This document shows positions 11,354 through 19,238 of a stretch of 41,320 nt of DNA, piece by piece. Origin of the DNA: an uncultured Streptomycetaceae bacterium (GTDB lineage Bacteria; Pseudomonadota; Gammaproteobacteria; Burkholderiales; SG8-41); NCBI GenBank assembly GCA_964433375.1, contig CAYSRR010000002.1, forward strand, positions 1-41,320, given 5' to 3'. The notes under the pieces were generated by a model. That model was not told where the DNA came from and ran no database searches. It saw nothing but the letters and a program-made list of their open reading frames with translations. The translations under genes and the position numbers were made by a program. The stretch's first letter is position 1. Each line of letters opens with the position of its first letter.

Positions 11354-11440
11354 GGAGTGAGGCGTGAGGAGTGAGGAGGCCAATGCCGGAAGCAGGGTGC
11401 CGGGGGTTTCCCCCTCACCCCTTACCCCTCACACCTCACC
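11351..11440. repeat. GTGAGG-type hairpin element bridging the rdgB stop and the hemW start
   Basis: tgaggagtgaggcgtgaggagtgaggagg ... ccccctcaccccttacccctcacacctcac. The rdgB TGA is the first triplet of the element. Confidence 0.85.
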
Positions 11441-12710
11441 GCGCTTTCGCGCGCTTCCACCGCTGTCTCTTTATATCCACATTCCGTGGTGCGCGCGAAA
11501 ATGCCCGTACTGCGATTTCAACTCGCACGAGGCGCGCGCGGGCATTCCGGAGGACCGCTATGTCGCCGCGCTCGTCGCCGATCTCGAGCAGGCGCTGCCG
11601 CAGGTCTGGGGCCGGCGCGTGCACAGCGTGTTCTTCGGCGGCGGCACGCCCAGCCTGTTCTCCGCGCGCGGCATCGACGCGATATTGACGGCGGTCCGCG
11701 CCCGGCTCGCGCTGGCGCCGGATGCCGAGATCACGCTGGAGGCCAATCCCGGCACGGTGGAGGCGGAGAAGTTTTCCGGCTTCCGCGCGGCGGGCGTGAA
11801 CCGCATCTCGCTCGGCATCCAGAGCTTTCACCCGCGCCACCTCCAGTCGCTGGGCCGCATTCATGACGGCGACGAAGCGCGCCGCGCGATCGAAATCGCC
11901 CAACGCAATTTCGATAATTTCAATCTGGACCTGATGTACGGTTTGCCCGGTCAAACGGTCGACGAGGCGCTGGCGGATATCGAGACCGCGCTCGGGTTCG
12001 CGCCGCCGCACCTGTCGTGCTATCACCTCACGATCGAGCCGAACACGTACTTCCACCGCTTTCCGCCGCGACTGCCCGACGACGACGCGACCGCCGCCAT
12101 GCAGGACGCGATCGAGGCCCGGCTGGCCGAAGCGGGCTATGAGCATTACGAGACCTCCGCCTTCGCCAGGCGGAGTGAGGAGAGAGGAGTGAGGCGTGAG
12201 GTGGAAAGTGTTCCCGCGAGCGGTGAGCGGCTCTTCACCCCTAACTCCTCACCCCTCACGGCGCGCAGCGCCCGCTGCGCGCATAACCTGAACTACTGGA
12301 CGTTCGGGGATTACCTGGGCATCGGCGCGGGCGCCCACGGCAAGATCAGTTTCCCGGAGCGCATCGTGCGCCAGGCGCGGGTGAAGCATCCCGAACGTTA
12401 CATGGAGGCCGCGGAGCGCGGAGCGCCGGTGCAGGAGGAGCGCGAGGTCGGCGCCGGCGAGGTCGGCTTCGAGTTCATGATGAACGCGCTGCGCCTGAAC
12501 GGGGGTTTCCCGGCCCGGCTGTTCGAGGAGCGCGCCGGGGTGCCGCTGACGGCCGTGCTGCGCGGCCTCGAGGATGCCGAGCGCCGCGGCCTGCTCGAGC
12601 GCGACCACCAACGTGTCGGGCCGACCCCTCTGGGGCGGCGCTTTCTGAATGATCTCCTGCAGTTATTTCTCGCGTCCAGCACCGGCGCAACCGCCGATGG
12701 ACGCCGATAA
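11364..12710 (+). CDS. hemW: Radical SAM heme chaperone HemW (YggW)
   Basis: LPPLSLYIHIPWCARKCPYCDFNSH matches E. coli HemW almost residue for residue. HNLNYW box present. The only possible starts (GTG 11364 or GTG 11397) lie inside repeat element 11351-11440. An extra ~31 aa lies before the HNLNYW box. Confidence 0.9.
   Translation: MRSEEANAGSRVPGVSPSPLTPHTSPRFRALPPLSLYIHIPWCARKCPYCDFNSHEARAGIPEDRYVAALVADLEQALPQVWGRRVHSVFFGGGTPSLFSARGIDAILTAVRARLALAPDAEITLEANPGTVEAEKFSGFRAAGVNRISLGIQSFHPRHLQSLGRIHDGDEARRAIEIAQRNFDNFNLDLMYGLPGQTVDEALADIETALGFAPPHLSCYHLTIEPNTYFHRFPPRLPDDDATAAMQDAIEARLAEAGYEHYETSAFARRSEERGVRREVESVPASGERLFTPNSSPLTARSARCAHNLNYWTFGDYLGIGAGAHGKISFPERIVRQARVKHPERYMEAAERGAPVQEEREVGAGEVGFEFMMNALRLNGGFPARLFEERAGVPLTAVLRGLEDAERRGLLERDHQRVGPTPLGRRFLNDLLQLFLASSTGATADGRR
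12172..12259. repeat. GTGAGG-type hairpin element inserted in frame inside hemW
   Basis: ggagtgaggagagaggagtgaggcgtgaggtgg ... cttcacccctaactcctcacccctcac. Translated as RSEERGVRREVESVPASGERLFTPNSSPLTA. Confidence 0.8.
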
Positions 12711-12746
12711 ATGCCGTTGCCCGGTCCGCGGCGCGTGGCCGCCCGC

Positions 12747-13955
12747 CTAGCGCTTTCGGCCCGCCCGGAAATCGGGGATTTTTTCCTGCAGGAATTGAAG
12801 CACCGCGACTTCATCGCGGCGCAGGGCGGCGGCGGGTCGCGCACCGCGGGCACGCCGCACGCGGACGGGCGGGGGGAGCGGAGCGGTCAGTCCCAGGTGA
12901 TAGGCGTGCAGCAGCGCGGGGTGCACGTAGTACTTCCGGCATACCGCGCGCGTGTTGCCCAGCCGTTCGGAGACCTTGTCGATCGCGCGGATGATGTTGC
13001 GATCCGCTTCGCGGCGGCTCGACGCGGTGCCCATGGCCCGCAGTTCCACGGCGGCCAGCATGGTGCCGCCCCAGGTCCGGAAATCCTTGGCGGTGACGTC
13101 GCGGTCCGTGATTTCCCGGAGGTAGGCATTGACGTCGTCCGACGTGACGTCCTGGCGCTTGCCGAACGGGTCCAGGTACTGGAACATTTCCTGCCCCGGC
13201 AGGTCCCGGCAACGCTGGATGATGTGGGCGATGCGCGGATCCGCGATGGTCACGGAGTGCTCGACGCCGCTCTTGCCGCGGAAGCTGAACTGCAGCATCG
13301 TTCCCTTGACGCGCACATGCCGCCTGCGCAGCGTGGTCAGGCCGAAGGAGCGGTTCTCGCGCGCGTATTCGTCGTTGCCCACGCGTATGAGCGTCCGGTC
13401 GAGCAGGCGCACCACGGTGGCGAGGAGCTGGCGCCGGGTCAGGTCGCGTCCGCGCAGGTCGCGCTCCACCCGTTCCCGCAGCAGCGGGAGGGCCTCGCTG
13501 AATTCGAGCATGCGGCGGAACTTGGACCGGTCACGCGCCTCGCGGTACGAGGGATGGTAGCGATACTGCTTGCGGCCGCGCGCGTCGCGTGCCGTCGCCT
13601 GTATGTGGCCGTCGGGATCGGGGCAAATCCATACGTCGGTCCATGCCGGCGGTATGGCGAGCGCGTCCAGGCGCTTGCGCGTGGCGGGGTTGCTTATGCG
13701 CGCGCCGTTCGGGGCATGGTAGACCCAGCCCTTGCCGGCGCGTCTCCGGCTGATTCCCGCGACGCCGTCCGTGACGTAGCGTAGCCCGGCGCGGGCGGCC
13801 GCCCTGCGGTGTTCGTGAGTCCGTGGCGAGCCCAAGGGTTGGCGCCTCCTCTCAAACGCCTGGGCAATGGTGCGCGCCGGCGCCGGCGGGTGGCAAGTGC
13901 CTGTTGCTTCCGGGACGCCCGTGGCTCCCGGGATGGCCGCAAGCCGGGGCGTCAC
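12747..13955 (-). CDS. DNA topoisomerase IB (bacterial/poxvirus-type)
   Basis: LRYVTD..GI.R, IPPAWTDVWICP, GRKQYRYH, FRGKSG, AKDFRTWGGT, and the catalytic-Tyr region CRKYYVHP. The N-terminal ~55 aa are Ala/Pro-rich, so the start is uncertain. Confidence 0.8.
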   Translation of the reverse strand: MTPRLAAIPGATGVPEATGTCHPPAPARTIAQAFERRRQPLGSPRTHEHRRAAARAGLRYVTDGVAGISRRRAGKGWVYHAPNGARISNPATRKRLDALAIPPAWTDVWICPDPDGHIQATARDARGRKQYRYHPSYREARDRSKFRRMLEFSEALPLLRERVERDLRGRDLTRRQLLATVVRLLDRTLIRVGNDEYARENRSFGLTTLRRRHVRVKGTMLQFSFRGKSGVEHSVTIADPRIAHIIQRCRDLPGQEMFQYLDPFGKRQDVTSDDVNAYLREITDRDVTAKDFRTWGGTMLAAVELRAMGTASSRREADRNIIRAIDKVSERLGNTRAVCRKYYVHPALLHAYHLGLTAPLPPPVRVRRARGARPAAALRRDEVAVLQFLQEKIPDFRAGRKR

Positions 13956-13964
13956 CGCGCGGAA

Positions 13965-14642
13965 TCAGCGGCGGCGGAAGAGGACGTCCCATACCGAGTG
14001 CCCCAGCTTCAGGCCCCGGTTCTCGAATTTCGTCATCGGGCGGTGCGCGGGCCGCGGCGCGTAGCCGTCCGCGGTGTTCGCCAGCAGGGACTCGCCCGAC
14101 AGCACCTCCAGGATCGACTGCGCGTAATCCTCCCAGTCGGTCGCGACATGCAGGTACGCGCCCGGCTTCATGCGCGTGGCGAGGAGCGCGACCAGCGCCG
14201 GCTGGATCAGGCGGCGCTTGTGGTGCCGTTTCTTCGGCCACGGGTCGGGGAAAAAAACGTGCACGCCGTCGAGGCTCGCCGGCGGGATCATGCGCTCGAG
14301 GACTTCCACGGCGTCGTGCTGTATGACGCGCACGTTGACGAGGCCGAGTTCCGCGACCCGTTTCAACAGGCTGCCGACGCCCGGCGTGTGGACTTCGATG
14401 CCGAGGTAGTCGTTCCCGGGGTTGTCGGCGGCGATGCGGGCGGTGGTCTCGCCCATGCCAAAGCCGATTTCCAGGATTTTCGGCGCCGCGCGGCCGAACG
14501 CGCGATCGAGGTCGAGCGGTTCCGGCGACCAGGGGATGCCATAGCGCGGCAACAGTTCGTCGCGGGCGCGCTGTTGCGCGGTGGTGAGACGCCCCTGGCG
14601 CAGCACATAGCTGCGGATCGGGCGAGAGCGCGGCTCCGTCAC
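13965..14642 (-). CDS. trmB: tRNA (guanine46-N7)-methyltransferase
   Basis: [14 protein letters not shown] motif, [15 protein letters not shown]. Confidence 0.92.
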   Translation of the reverse strand: MTEPRSRPIRSYVLRQGRLTTAQQRARDELLPRYGIPWSPEPLDLDRAFGRAAPKILEIGFGMGETTARIAADNPGNDYLGIEVHTPGVGSLLKRVAELGLVNVRVIQHDAVEVLERMIPPASLDGVHVFFPDPWPKKRHHKRRLIQPALVALLATRMKPGAYLHVATDWEDYAQSILEVLSGESLLANTADGYAPRPAHRPMTKFENRGLKLGHSVWDVLFRRR

Positions 14643-14666
14643 GAGTCGCGGGTCACGGGTCGCGGC

Positions 14667-15479
14667 TTACTTCGAGCCGCCGGGAGTAATCAGGCCGCTG
14701 GTGGGCGAGCTGGGCGAGCCCGAGTAGAGCTTCTTCGGCATGCGGCCCGCGAGGAAGGCGGCGCGGCCCGCCTCGACCGCCTTCTTCATGGCGGTGGCCA
14801 TCAGCACCGGGTTCTTCGCCGCGGCGACCGCGGTGTTCATGAGCACGCCGTCGCAGCCGAGCTCCATCGCGATCGCGGCGTCGGATGCGGTGCCGACGCC
14901 CGCGTCCACGATCACCGGCGCCCTGGCGTTCTCGATGATGATCTGCAGGTTCCACGGGTTGAGGATACCCATGCCCGATCCGATCAGGGAGGCGAGCGGC
15001 ATCACCGCCACGCAGCCGATTTCCTCCAACTGCTTGGCGATGATCGGGTCGTCCGAGGTGTAGACCATGACCTTGAAGCCGTCCTTGACCAGCGTCCTGG
15101 CCGCGGCGAGGGTGTCCACCATGTTGGGATAGAGCGTCTTCGGGTCGCCCAGCACTTCCAGCTTGACCAGGTCGTGCCCGTCCAGCAGCTCGCGCGCCAG
15201 CCGCAAAGTGCGCACGGCGTCGTCGGCCGTGTAGCAGCCGGCGGTGTTGGGCAGCAGCGTGTATTTCGACGGCGGCAGGAAATCGAGCAGGCTCGGCTCG
15301 CCTTTGTTCTGGCCGATGTTGGTGCGGCGGATCGCCACCGTGACGATCCCGGCGCCGCTCGCGTCCACCGCGGCCTTCGTCTCGGCGAAGTCCTTGTACT
15401 TGCCGGTGCCGATCAGCAGGCGGGAGTCGTACGACTTTCCGCCGATCACCAGCGGGTCGAGGTTTTCATTCGGTTTCAT
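14667..15479 (-). CDS. thiG: Thiazole synthase
   Basis: [30 protein letters not shown] motifs. Confidence 0.95.
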   Translation of the reverse strand: MKPNENLDPLVIGGKSYDSRLLIGTGKYKDFAETKAAVDASGAGIVTVAIRRTNIGQNKGEPSLLDFLPPSKYTLLPNTAGCYTADDAVRTLRLARELLDGHDLVKLEVLGDPKTLYPNMVDTLAAARTLVKDGFKVMVYTSDDPIIAKQLEEIGCVAVMPLASLIGSGMGILNPWNLQIIIENARAPVIVDAGVGTASDAAIAMELGCDGVLMNTAVAAAKNPVLMATAMKKAVEAGRAAFLAGRMPKKLYSGSPSSPTSGLITPGGSK

Positions 15480-15514
15480 GCCTTTTCCCGGAATAGTTTC
15501 CTGCTGTCGAATTC

Positions 15515-15622
15515 AAAAACCAATCAGCCACAGAGAACACAGAGTTCACAGAGATAATCCGAATTCGAAAAACGAACTTGATTCTAGCCCCTCTGTGCTC
15601 TCTGTGCTCTCTGTGGCAAATG
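15515..15622. repeat. Simple-repeat hairpin element (CACAGAG type) between thiS and thiG
   Basis: aaaaaccaatcagccacagagaacacagagttcacagagataatc ... ctagcccctctgtgctctctgtgctctctgtggcaaatgc. Confidence 0.85.
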
Positions 15623-15637
15623 CTTGTAACGTGGGTA

Positions 15638-15841
15638 TCAGCCGCCGCCTACGGCGACCACGATCTCGAGGCGGTCGCCGTCGGCCAGCCGCTGCTCGGT
15701 ATGGCGGCCGCGCGGCACGATCTCGCCGTTGCGCTCGAGGGCGACGCGCTTGCCCGCCAGTTCGAGCCGCGCGATCAGCTCGGCGCAGTTGATCGGCGCC
15801 TCGAACTGACGGCGTTCGCCGTTGATGGTGACCGAGATCAT
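15638..15841 (-). CDS. thiS: Sulfur carrier protein ThiS
   Basis: 67 aa ending in GG (VVAVGGG). Upstream of thiG on the same strand. Confidence 0.85.
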   Translation of the reverse strand: MISVTINGERRQFEAPINCAELIARLELAGKRVALERNGEIVPRGRHTEQRLADGDRLEIVVAVGGG

Positions 15842-16061
15842 GCGGGGACCGGAATACGGAGATTCTTGCAAGTCGCGGGCCGTTTGGCAACATCCCGATT
15901 CCGAAGTTGCGTTACGAGACTGATTGGCCCGTATTCCGGTCAATAACGGCCCCATCGGTTCAACGGCTCGGTAATCCGGCGCGTTTGTTCCGTTGCCCGA
16001 TCCGGCGCGAGGACACGGCGTTACCCAACCGGCTTGTGGTCCTGCTAAAATCGCGCCGGAT

Positions 16062-16135
16062 GCGGGTGTAGTTCAATGGTAGAACGGCAGCTTCCCAAGC
16101 TGCATACGACGGTTCGATTCCGTTCACCCGCTCCA
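16062..16135 (+). tRNA. tRNA-Gly (anticodon CCC)
   Basis: Cloverleaf read by hand: GCGGGTG acceptor, D-arm GTTC/GAAC, anticodon arm GCAGC-TTCCCAA-GCTGC, T-arm GACGG-TTCGATT-CCGTT, CACCCGC-T-CCA. 74 nt. Confidence 0.9.
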
Positions 16136-16168
16136 AAATCAAAGGCCCCATGAGGGGCCTTTGATTTT
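16136..16168 (+). terminator. Hairpin plus T-tract after tRNA-Gly
   Basis: aaatcaaaggcccc atga ggggcctttgatttt. Confidence 0.6.
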
Positions 16169-16314
16169 GGAGAGTGAACTCGAATCGAACCGGTTCGACA
16201 ATCAACAGTCCGGGGGACTGTTGATTGGACGCCGATCACCTTGAGGTGAGCGGCGGTCCCGAGGAGCCACTTAACGTGGCTCGGAGGGATGGCTGGATCG
16301 CAGATGCGATGCGA

Positions 16315-16342
16315 GACGGCCACATTCCGTTCACCCGCTCCA
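16315..16342 (+). repeat. Direct duplicate of the tRNA-Gly 3' end (T-arm to CCA)
   Basis: GACGGccacATTCCGTTCACCCGCTCCA versus the tRNA GACGGTTCGATTCCGTTCACCCGCTCCA. Confidence 0.75.
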
Positions 16343-16351
16343 GGACAAATG

Positions 16352-16376
16352 AAAAGCCCCCTCGCGGGGCTTTTTT
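16352..16376. terminator. Hairpin with flanking A/T tracts (bidirectional terminator-like)
   Basis: aaaagccccctcgcggggctttttt. Confidence 0.55.
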
Positions 16377-16381
16377 CTTGC

Positions 16382-16405
16382 GCGGGCGAACGGTATCGAA
16401 CCGTG
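16382..16405 (-). repeat. Inverted, diverged copy of a tRNA-Gly-like 3' end
   Basis: The minus strand reads CACGGTTCGATACCGTTCGCCCGC. Compare the tRNA GACGGTTCGATTCCGTTCACCCGC. Confidence 0.55.
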
Positions 16406-16575
16406 AAACCCTGTTGCGCGCGCGGGCCCGGTGCCGTTGGAGTATCGAGTGTCTTGTTTCGGCGACACTACATGATTGGCACCTGGTGTGGCCCGGCGCC
16501 CGCGCTTGCGGGAACCGGACCGTTCCGGCGCGTTCTTACTTGCTAAACTGAACGGGTAATAACAAGGGTCGAGCC

Positions 16576-18453
16576 ATGAAGATCTTCAAGTACGCCGTAC
16601 TCGCATTGGGCGCGCTCGTCATCCTGGCCGGCGGGTTGATCGGCTACATCGCGGCGACCTTCGACCCCAACCAGTACAAGGACAGAATCGTGCAGGCAGT
16701 GAAGGAACACACCGGCCGCACGCTGCGGCTCGACGGCGACATCGGGCTGTCGTTCTGGCCGAGCATCGGGGCCCGCATCGGCAAGGCCTCGCTGTCGGAA
16801 CGCGCGAGCGAGCGGGAATTCGCCGCGGTCGAGGAAGTGCGCGTCGCGCTGAAGCTGATGCCGCTGCTCTCGAGGCAGGCGATCGTGGACACCGTGCGGG
16901 TCAAGGGGCTGCGCGCCAGCCTCGTGAAAGCGAAGGACGGCAAGCTGAACGTGTACGACCTGGCCGGCGCGCCGGACGCGAAGCGCAAGCCCGCGGGCAA
17001 GGACGACGCGCCGGATTTCAGCGTGGATATCGCGGGCGTGGAAATCGTGGATGCCGCGCTGACCTACGCCGACCAGGCGACGGGGTCGAAGTACTCGGCT
17101 TCGAAGGTGAACCTCAAGACCGGCAGGATCGCGCCGGGCGTTCCCACCGACTTCGAGTTTTCGATGCACGCGCAGGGCGACCGGCCCCGGGTCGATCTGC
17201 CCGTGACGCTGAAAGCGCGGCTCACGCTGGTGCCGGAGAAGCAGTCGCTGATGCTGAGCGATCTCGTTTTCGAGGCGAAGGGCACGGCGGCGGGCCTCGC
17301 CAATCTCGCGGTCCGGTTGACCGGCAGCGCGGACGTGGATAACGCCAGGCAGACCGCCCGGGCGGTTCTCGCGGGCAAGATTGCCGACAGCAGCGTCAAG
17401 GCGCAGCTCGGCATCACCGGTTTCGCGTCGCCCGCCATCGGCTTCGACGTGGAGATGGACCAGCTGGACGTCGACCGCTACGTGCCGCAGCAGGCGGCGG
17501 GCGGGAAACCGGCCGGCGCCGGCAAGGCGCCGCGGAAAGAACAGCCGTTCGATCTCGCCGGCCTGCGCGACCTGCGCGCGGCCGGCATGCTGAAGATCGG
17601 CTCGCTCAAGGCCAGTAACGTGAGAGCGTCGAACGTGCGAATGAACCTCAAGGCGAGCGGCGGCCGCGTCGACATCGACCCGTTGAGCGCGGATTTCTAC
17701 CGGGGCAGGCTCGCCGGCGCGGTCGCCGTCAACGCGGCGCCCGCCGTCCCGGTCTTCGTGTTGAAGAACAGCATGAGCGGCGTGAACGTGGAGGCGTTGC
17801 TCAAGGACCTCGCCGGCAACGACAAACTCTCCGGCACGGGCGACGTGACGCTCAACGTGACCACGCGCGGCGACACGGTCTCCGCGCTGAAGCGCGCGCT
17901 GGACGGCAGCGCCGCCGTGAAGCTGGCCGACGGCGCGGTGAAGGGCATCGACGTCGCCGGCTCGATCCGCAACGCCAGGGCGAAGCTCGGCGCGCTGCGG
18001 GGCGAGCACACGCAGGCGGACGACAGGAACCAGAAGACCGATTTCTCCGAGCTGACCGCGACGTTCAACATCAAGGACGGCATCGCGCGCAACAACGATC
18101 TCTCGCTCAAATCGCCGCTCCTGCGGGTGGGTGGCGAGGGCGAGATCAACATCGGAGCCGACACGATCAACTACCTGGTGAAGGCTTCCATCGTCGAGAC
18201 CAGCAAGGGGCAGGGCGGGCGCGACGCCGATGACCTGAAGGGCATCACCGTGCCGGTGCGTGTCACCGGGCCGCTCGCGGCGCCGTCCTACAAGATCGAT
18301 TTCAGCTCGATGGCGAAGGACGCCGCGAAGCAGGCCGTCAAGGAAGCGCTGGAGAGGCATCTGGGCGGTGGCGCGAAGAGCGAGCCCGGCAAGGACGGCG
18401 CGAAATCCGGCGGCAGCACGCGCGATGCGCTGCGGGGCATCCTCGGGCGGTAA
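16576..18453 (+). CDS. asmA: AsmA family outer-membrane assembly protein
   Basis: 625 aa. N-terminal anchor MKIFKYAVLALGALVIL and FDPNQYK motif. Long beta-rich repetitive body typical of AsmA. Confidence 0.85.
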   Translation: MKIFKYAVLALGALVILAGGLIGYIAATFDPNQYKDRIVQAVKEHTGRTLRLDGDIGLSFWPSIGARIGKASLSERASEREFAAVEEVRVALKLMPLLSRQAIVDTVRVKGLRASLVKAKDGKLNVYDLAGAPDAKRKPAGKDDAPDFSVDIAGVEIVDAALTYADQATGSKYSASKVNLKTGRIAPGVPTDFEFSMHAQGDRPRVDLPVTLKARLTLVPEKQSLMLSDLVFEAKGTAAGLANLAVRLTGSADVDNARQTARAVLAGKIADSSVKAQLGITGFASPAIGFDVEMDQLDVDRYVPQQAAGGKPAGAGKAPRKEQPFDLAGLRDLRAAGMLKIGSLKASNVRASNVRMNLKASGGRVDIDPLSADFYRGRLAGAVAVNAAPAVPVFVLKNSMSGVNVEALLKDLAGNDKLSGTGDVTLNVTTRGDTVSALKRALDGSAAVKLADGAVKGIDVAGSIRNARAKLGALRGEHTQADDRNQKTDFSELTATFNIKDGIARNNDLSLKSPLLRVGGEGEINIGADTINYLVKASIVETSKGQGGRDADDLKGITVPVRVTGPLAAPSYKIDFSSMAKDAAKQAVKEALERHLGGGAKSEPGKDGAKSGGSTRDALRGILGR

Positions 18454-18537
18454 AACCCTGAATTAGCCGCCAAGACGCCAGGAAATCATGTCAAAACCTC
18501 AATTAGCCGCCAAGGCGCCAAGACGCCAAGGAAAATC
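18453..18537. repeat. Two tandem left arms of the GCCAAGAC-type element
   Basis: aaaaccctgaattagccgccaagacgccaggaaatc followed by atgtcaaaacctcaattagccgccaaggcgccaagacgccaaggaaaatc. Confidence 0.85.
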
Positions 18538-18657
18538 AGTACAAAATAGCGTCAAGCAATATCTGTCACCTAATTCCTGTCAACTGATTGTAGTTATGTG
18601 CCATTCGCCGAAGCCGAACGGCTGTGGCAGAATTGAGGCGTCGCGGAGGTATTGGTC

Positions 18658-18843
18658 ATGTCCACGGTAAAGGAAGAGCTCACCCGTCTCATACAGGGGC
18701 AGCCGGACGACAGTTCGCGCGAAGAGATCGTGCGCGAGCTTGCTTTTCATGTCATGGTCGAACGCGGTCTCACCGATTCGGACGCAAAGCGGGTTATCTC
18801 GAATGAAGAGATGGCGCGGCGCATCCGTTCATGGCAGAGATAA
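18658..18843 (+). CDS. Antitoxin partner of ParE/RelE-family toxin
   Basis: 61 aa. GGAGGT lies 6 nt upstream of the ATG. Overlaps the toxin start by 13 nt. Confidence 0.7.
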   Translation: MSTVKEELTRLIQGQPDDSSREEIVRELAFHVMVERGLTDSDAKRVISNEEMARRIRSWQR

Positions 18844-19124
18844 CGTGGACTGCTGAAGCTCAACGTTGGCTCGAAGACATCTTCGAGTTCGTCGCGGCGG
18901 ATAATCCACAGGCTGCGATTCGCACGGTCCAGGGCATTTACAAGCGAGCCCAGGACCTCGTTTCCTTTCCCGAGATGGGTCATCGTTATCCGGCATCCTC
19001 GCGTCACGTGCGCATCCTGCTCTACGGCCACTATCGGATTGCTTATCTCGTCAAGGATGATGGAAACGTGGACATCCTCGGTGTTTTTCATGGCGCGCTC
19101 GACATCGCCCGATATCAGCTTTGA
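18831..19124 (+). CDS. parE: ParE/RelE family toxin
   Basis: 97 aa. WTAEAQRWLEDIFEFVAADNPQAA ... RILLYGHYRIAYLV...DILGVFHGALD is a typical ParE fold signature. Confidence 0.8.
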   Translation: MAEITWTAEAQRWLEDIFEFVAADNPQAAIRTVQGIYKRAQDLVSFPEMGHRYPASSRHVRILLYGHYRIAYLVKDDGNVDILGVFHGALDIARYQL

Positions 19125-19190
19125 ACGGCACACAGCCTCCGGCTGCAGCCGGCGAGAAAGCGCGCGGCTGATCCGGGACATTCATTCTGT

Positions 19191-19238
19191 ATTTCTTGGC
19201 GTCTTGGCGTCTTGGCGGCTAATGGAGGTTTTGACATG
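19191..19238. repeat. Right arm of the GCCAAGAC-type element, containing the mutY start codon
   Basis: atttcttggcgtcttggcgtcttggcggctaatggaggttttgacATG. Confidence 0.85.

Larger units (their letters stand above)
18488..19238. mobile_element. parDE cassette bounded by ~46-nt near-identical inverted arms (MITE-like or split hairpin element)
   Basis: Arm 18488-18537 and the reverse complement of 19191-19238 match at 44 of 46 positions before one indel. The 653-bp interior holds only the TA pair. Confidence 0.45.

Noticed and set aside
16171-16345. tmRNA or a second tRNA in the structured spacer after tRNA-Gly
   Set aside because: There is no GGGG...acceptor 5' end, no tag reading frame, no D or anticodon arms. 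Only the last ~28 nt resemble a tRNA 3' end.
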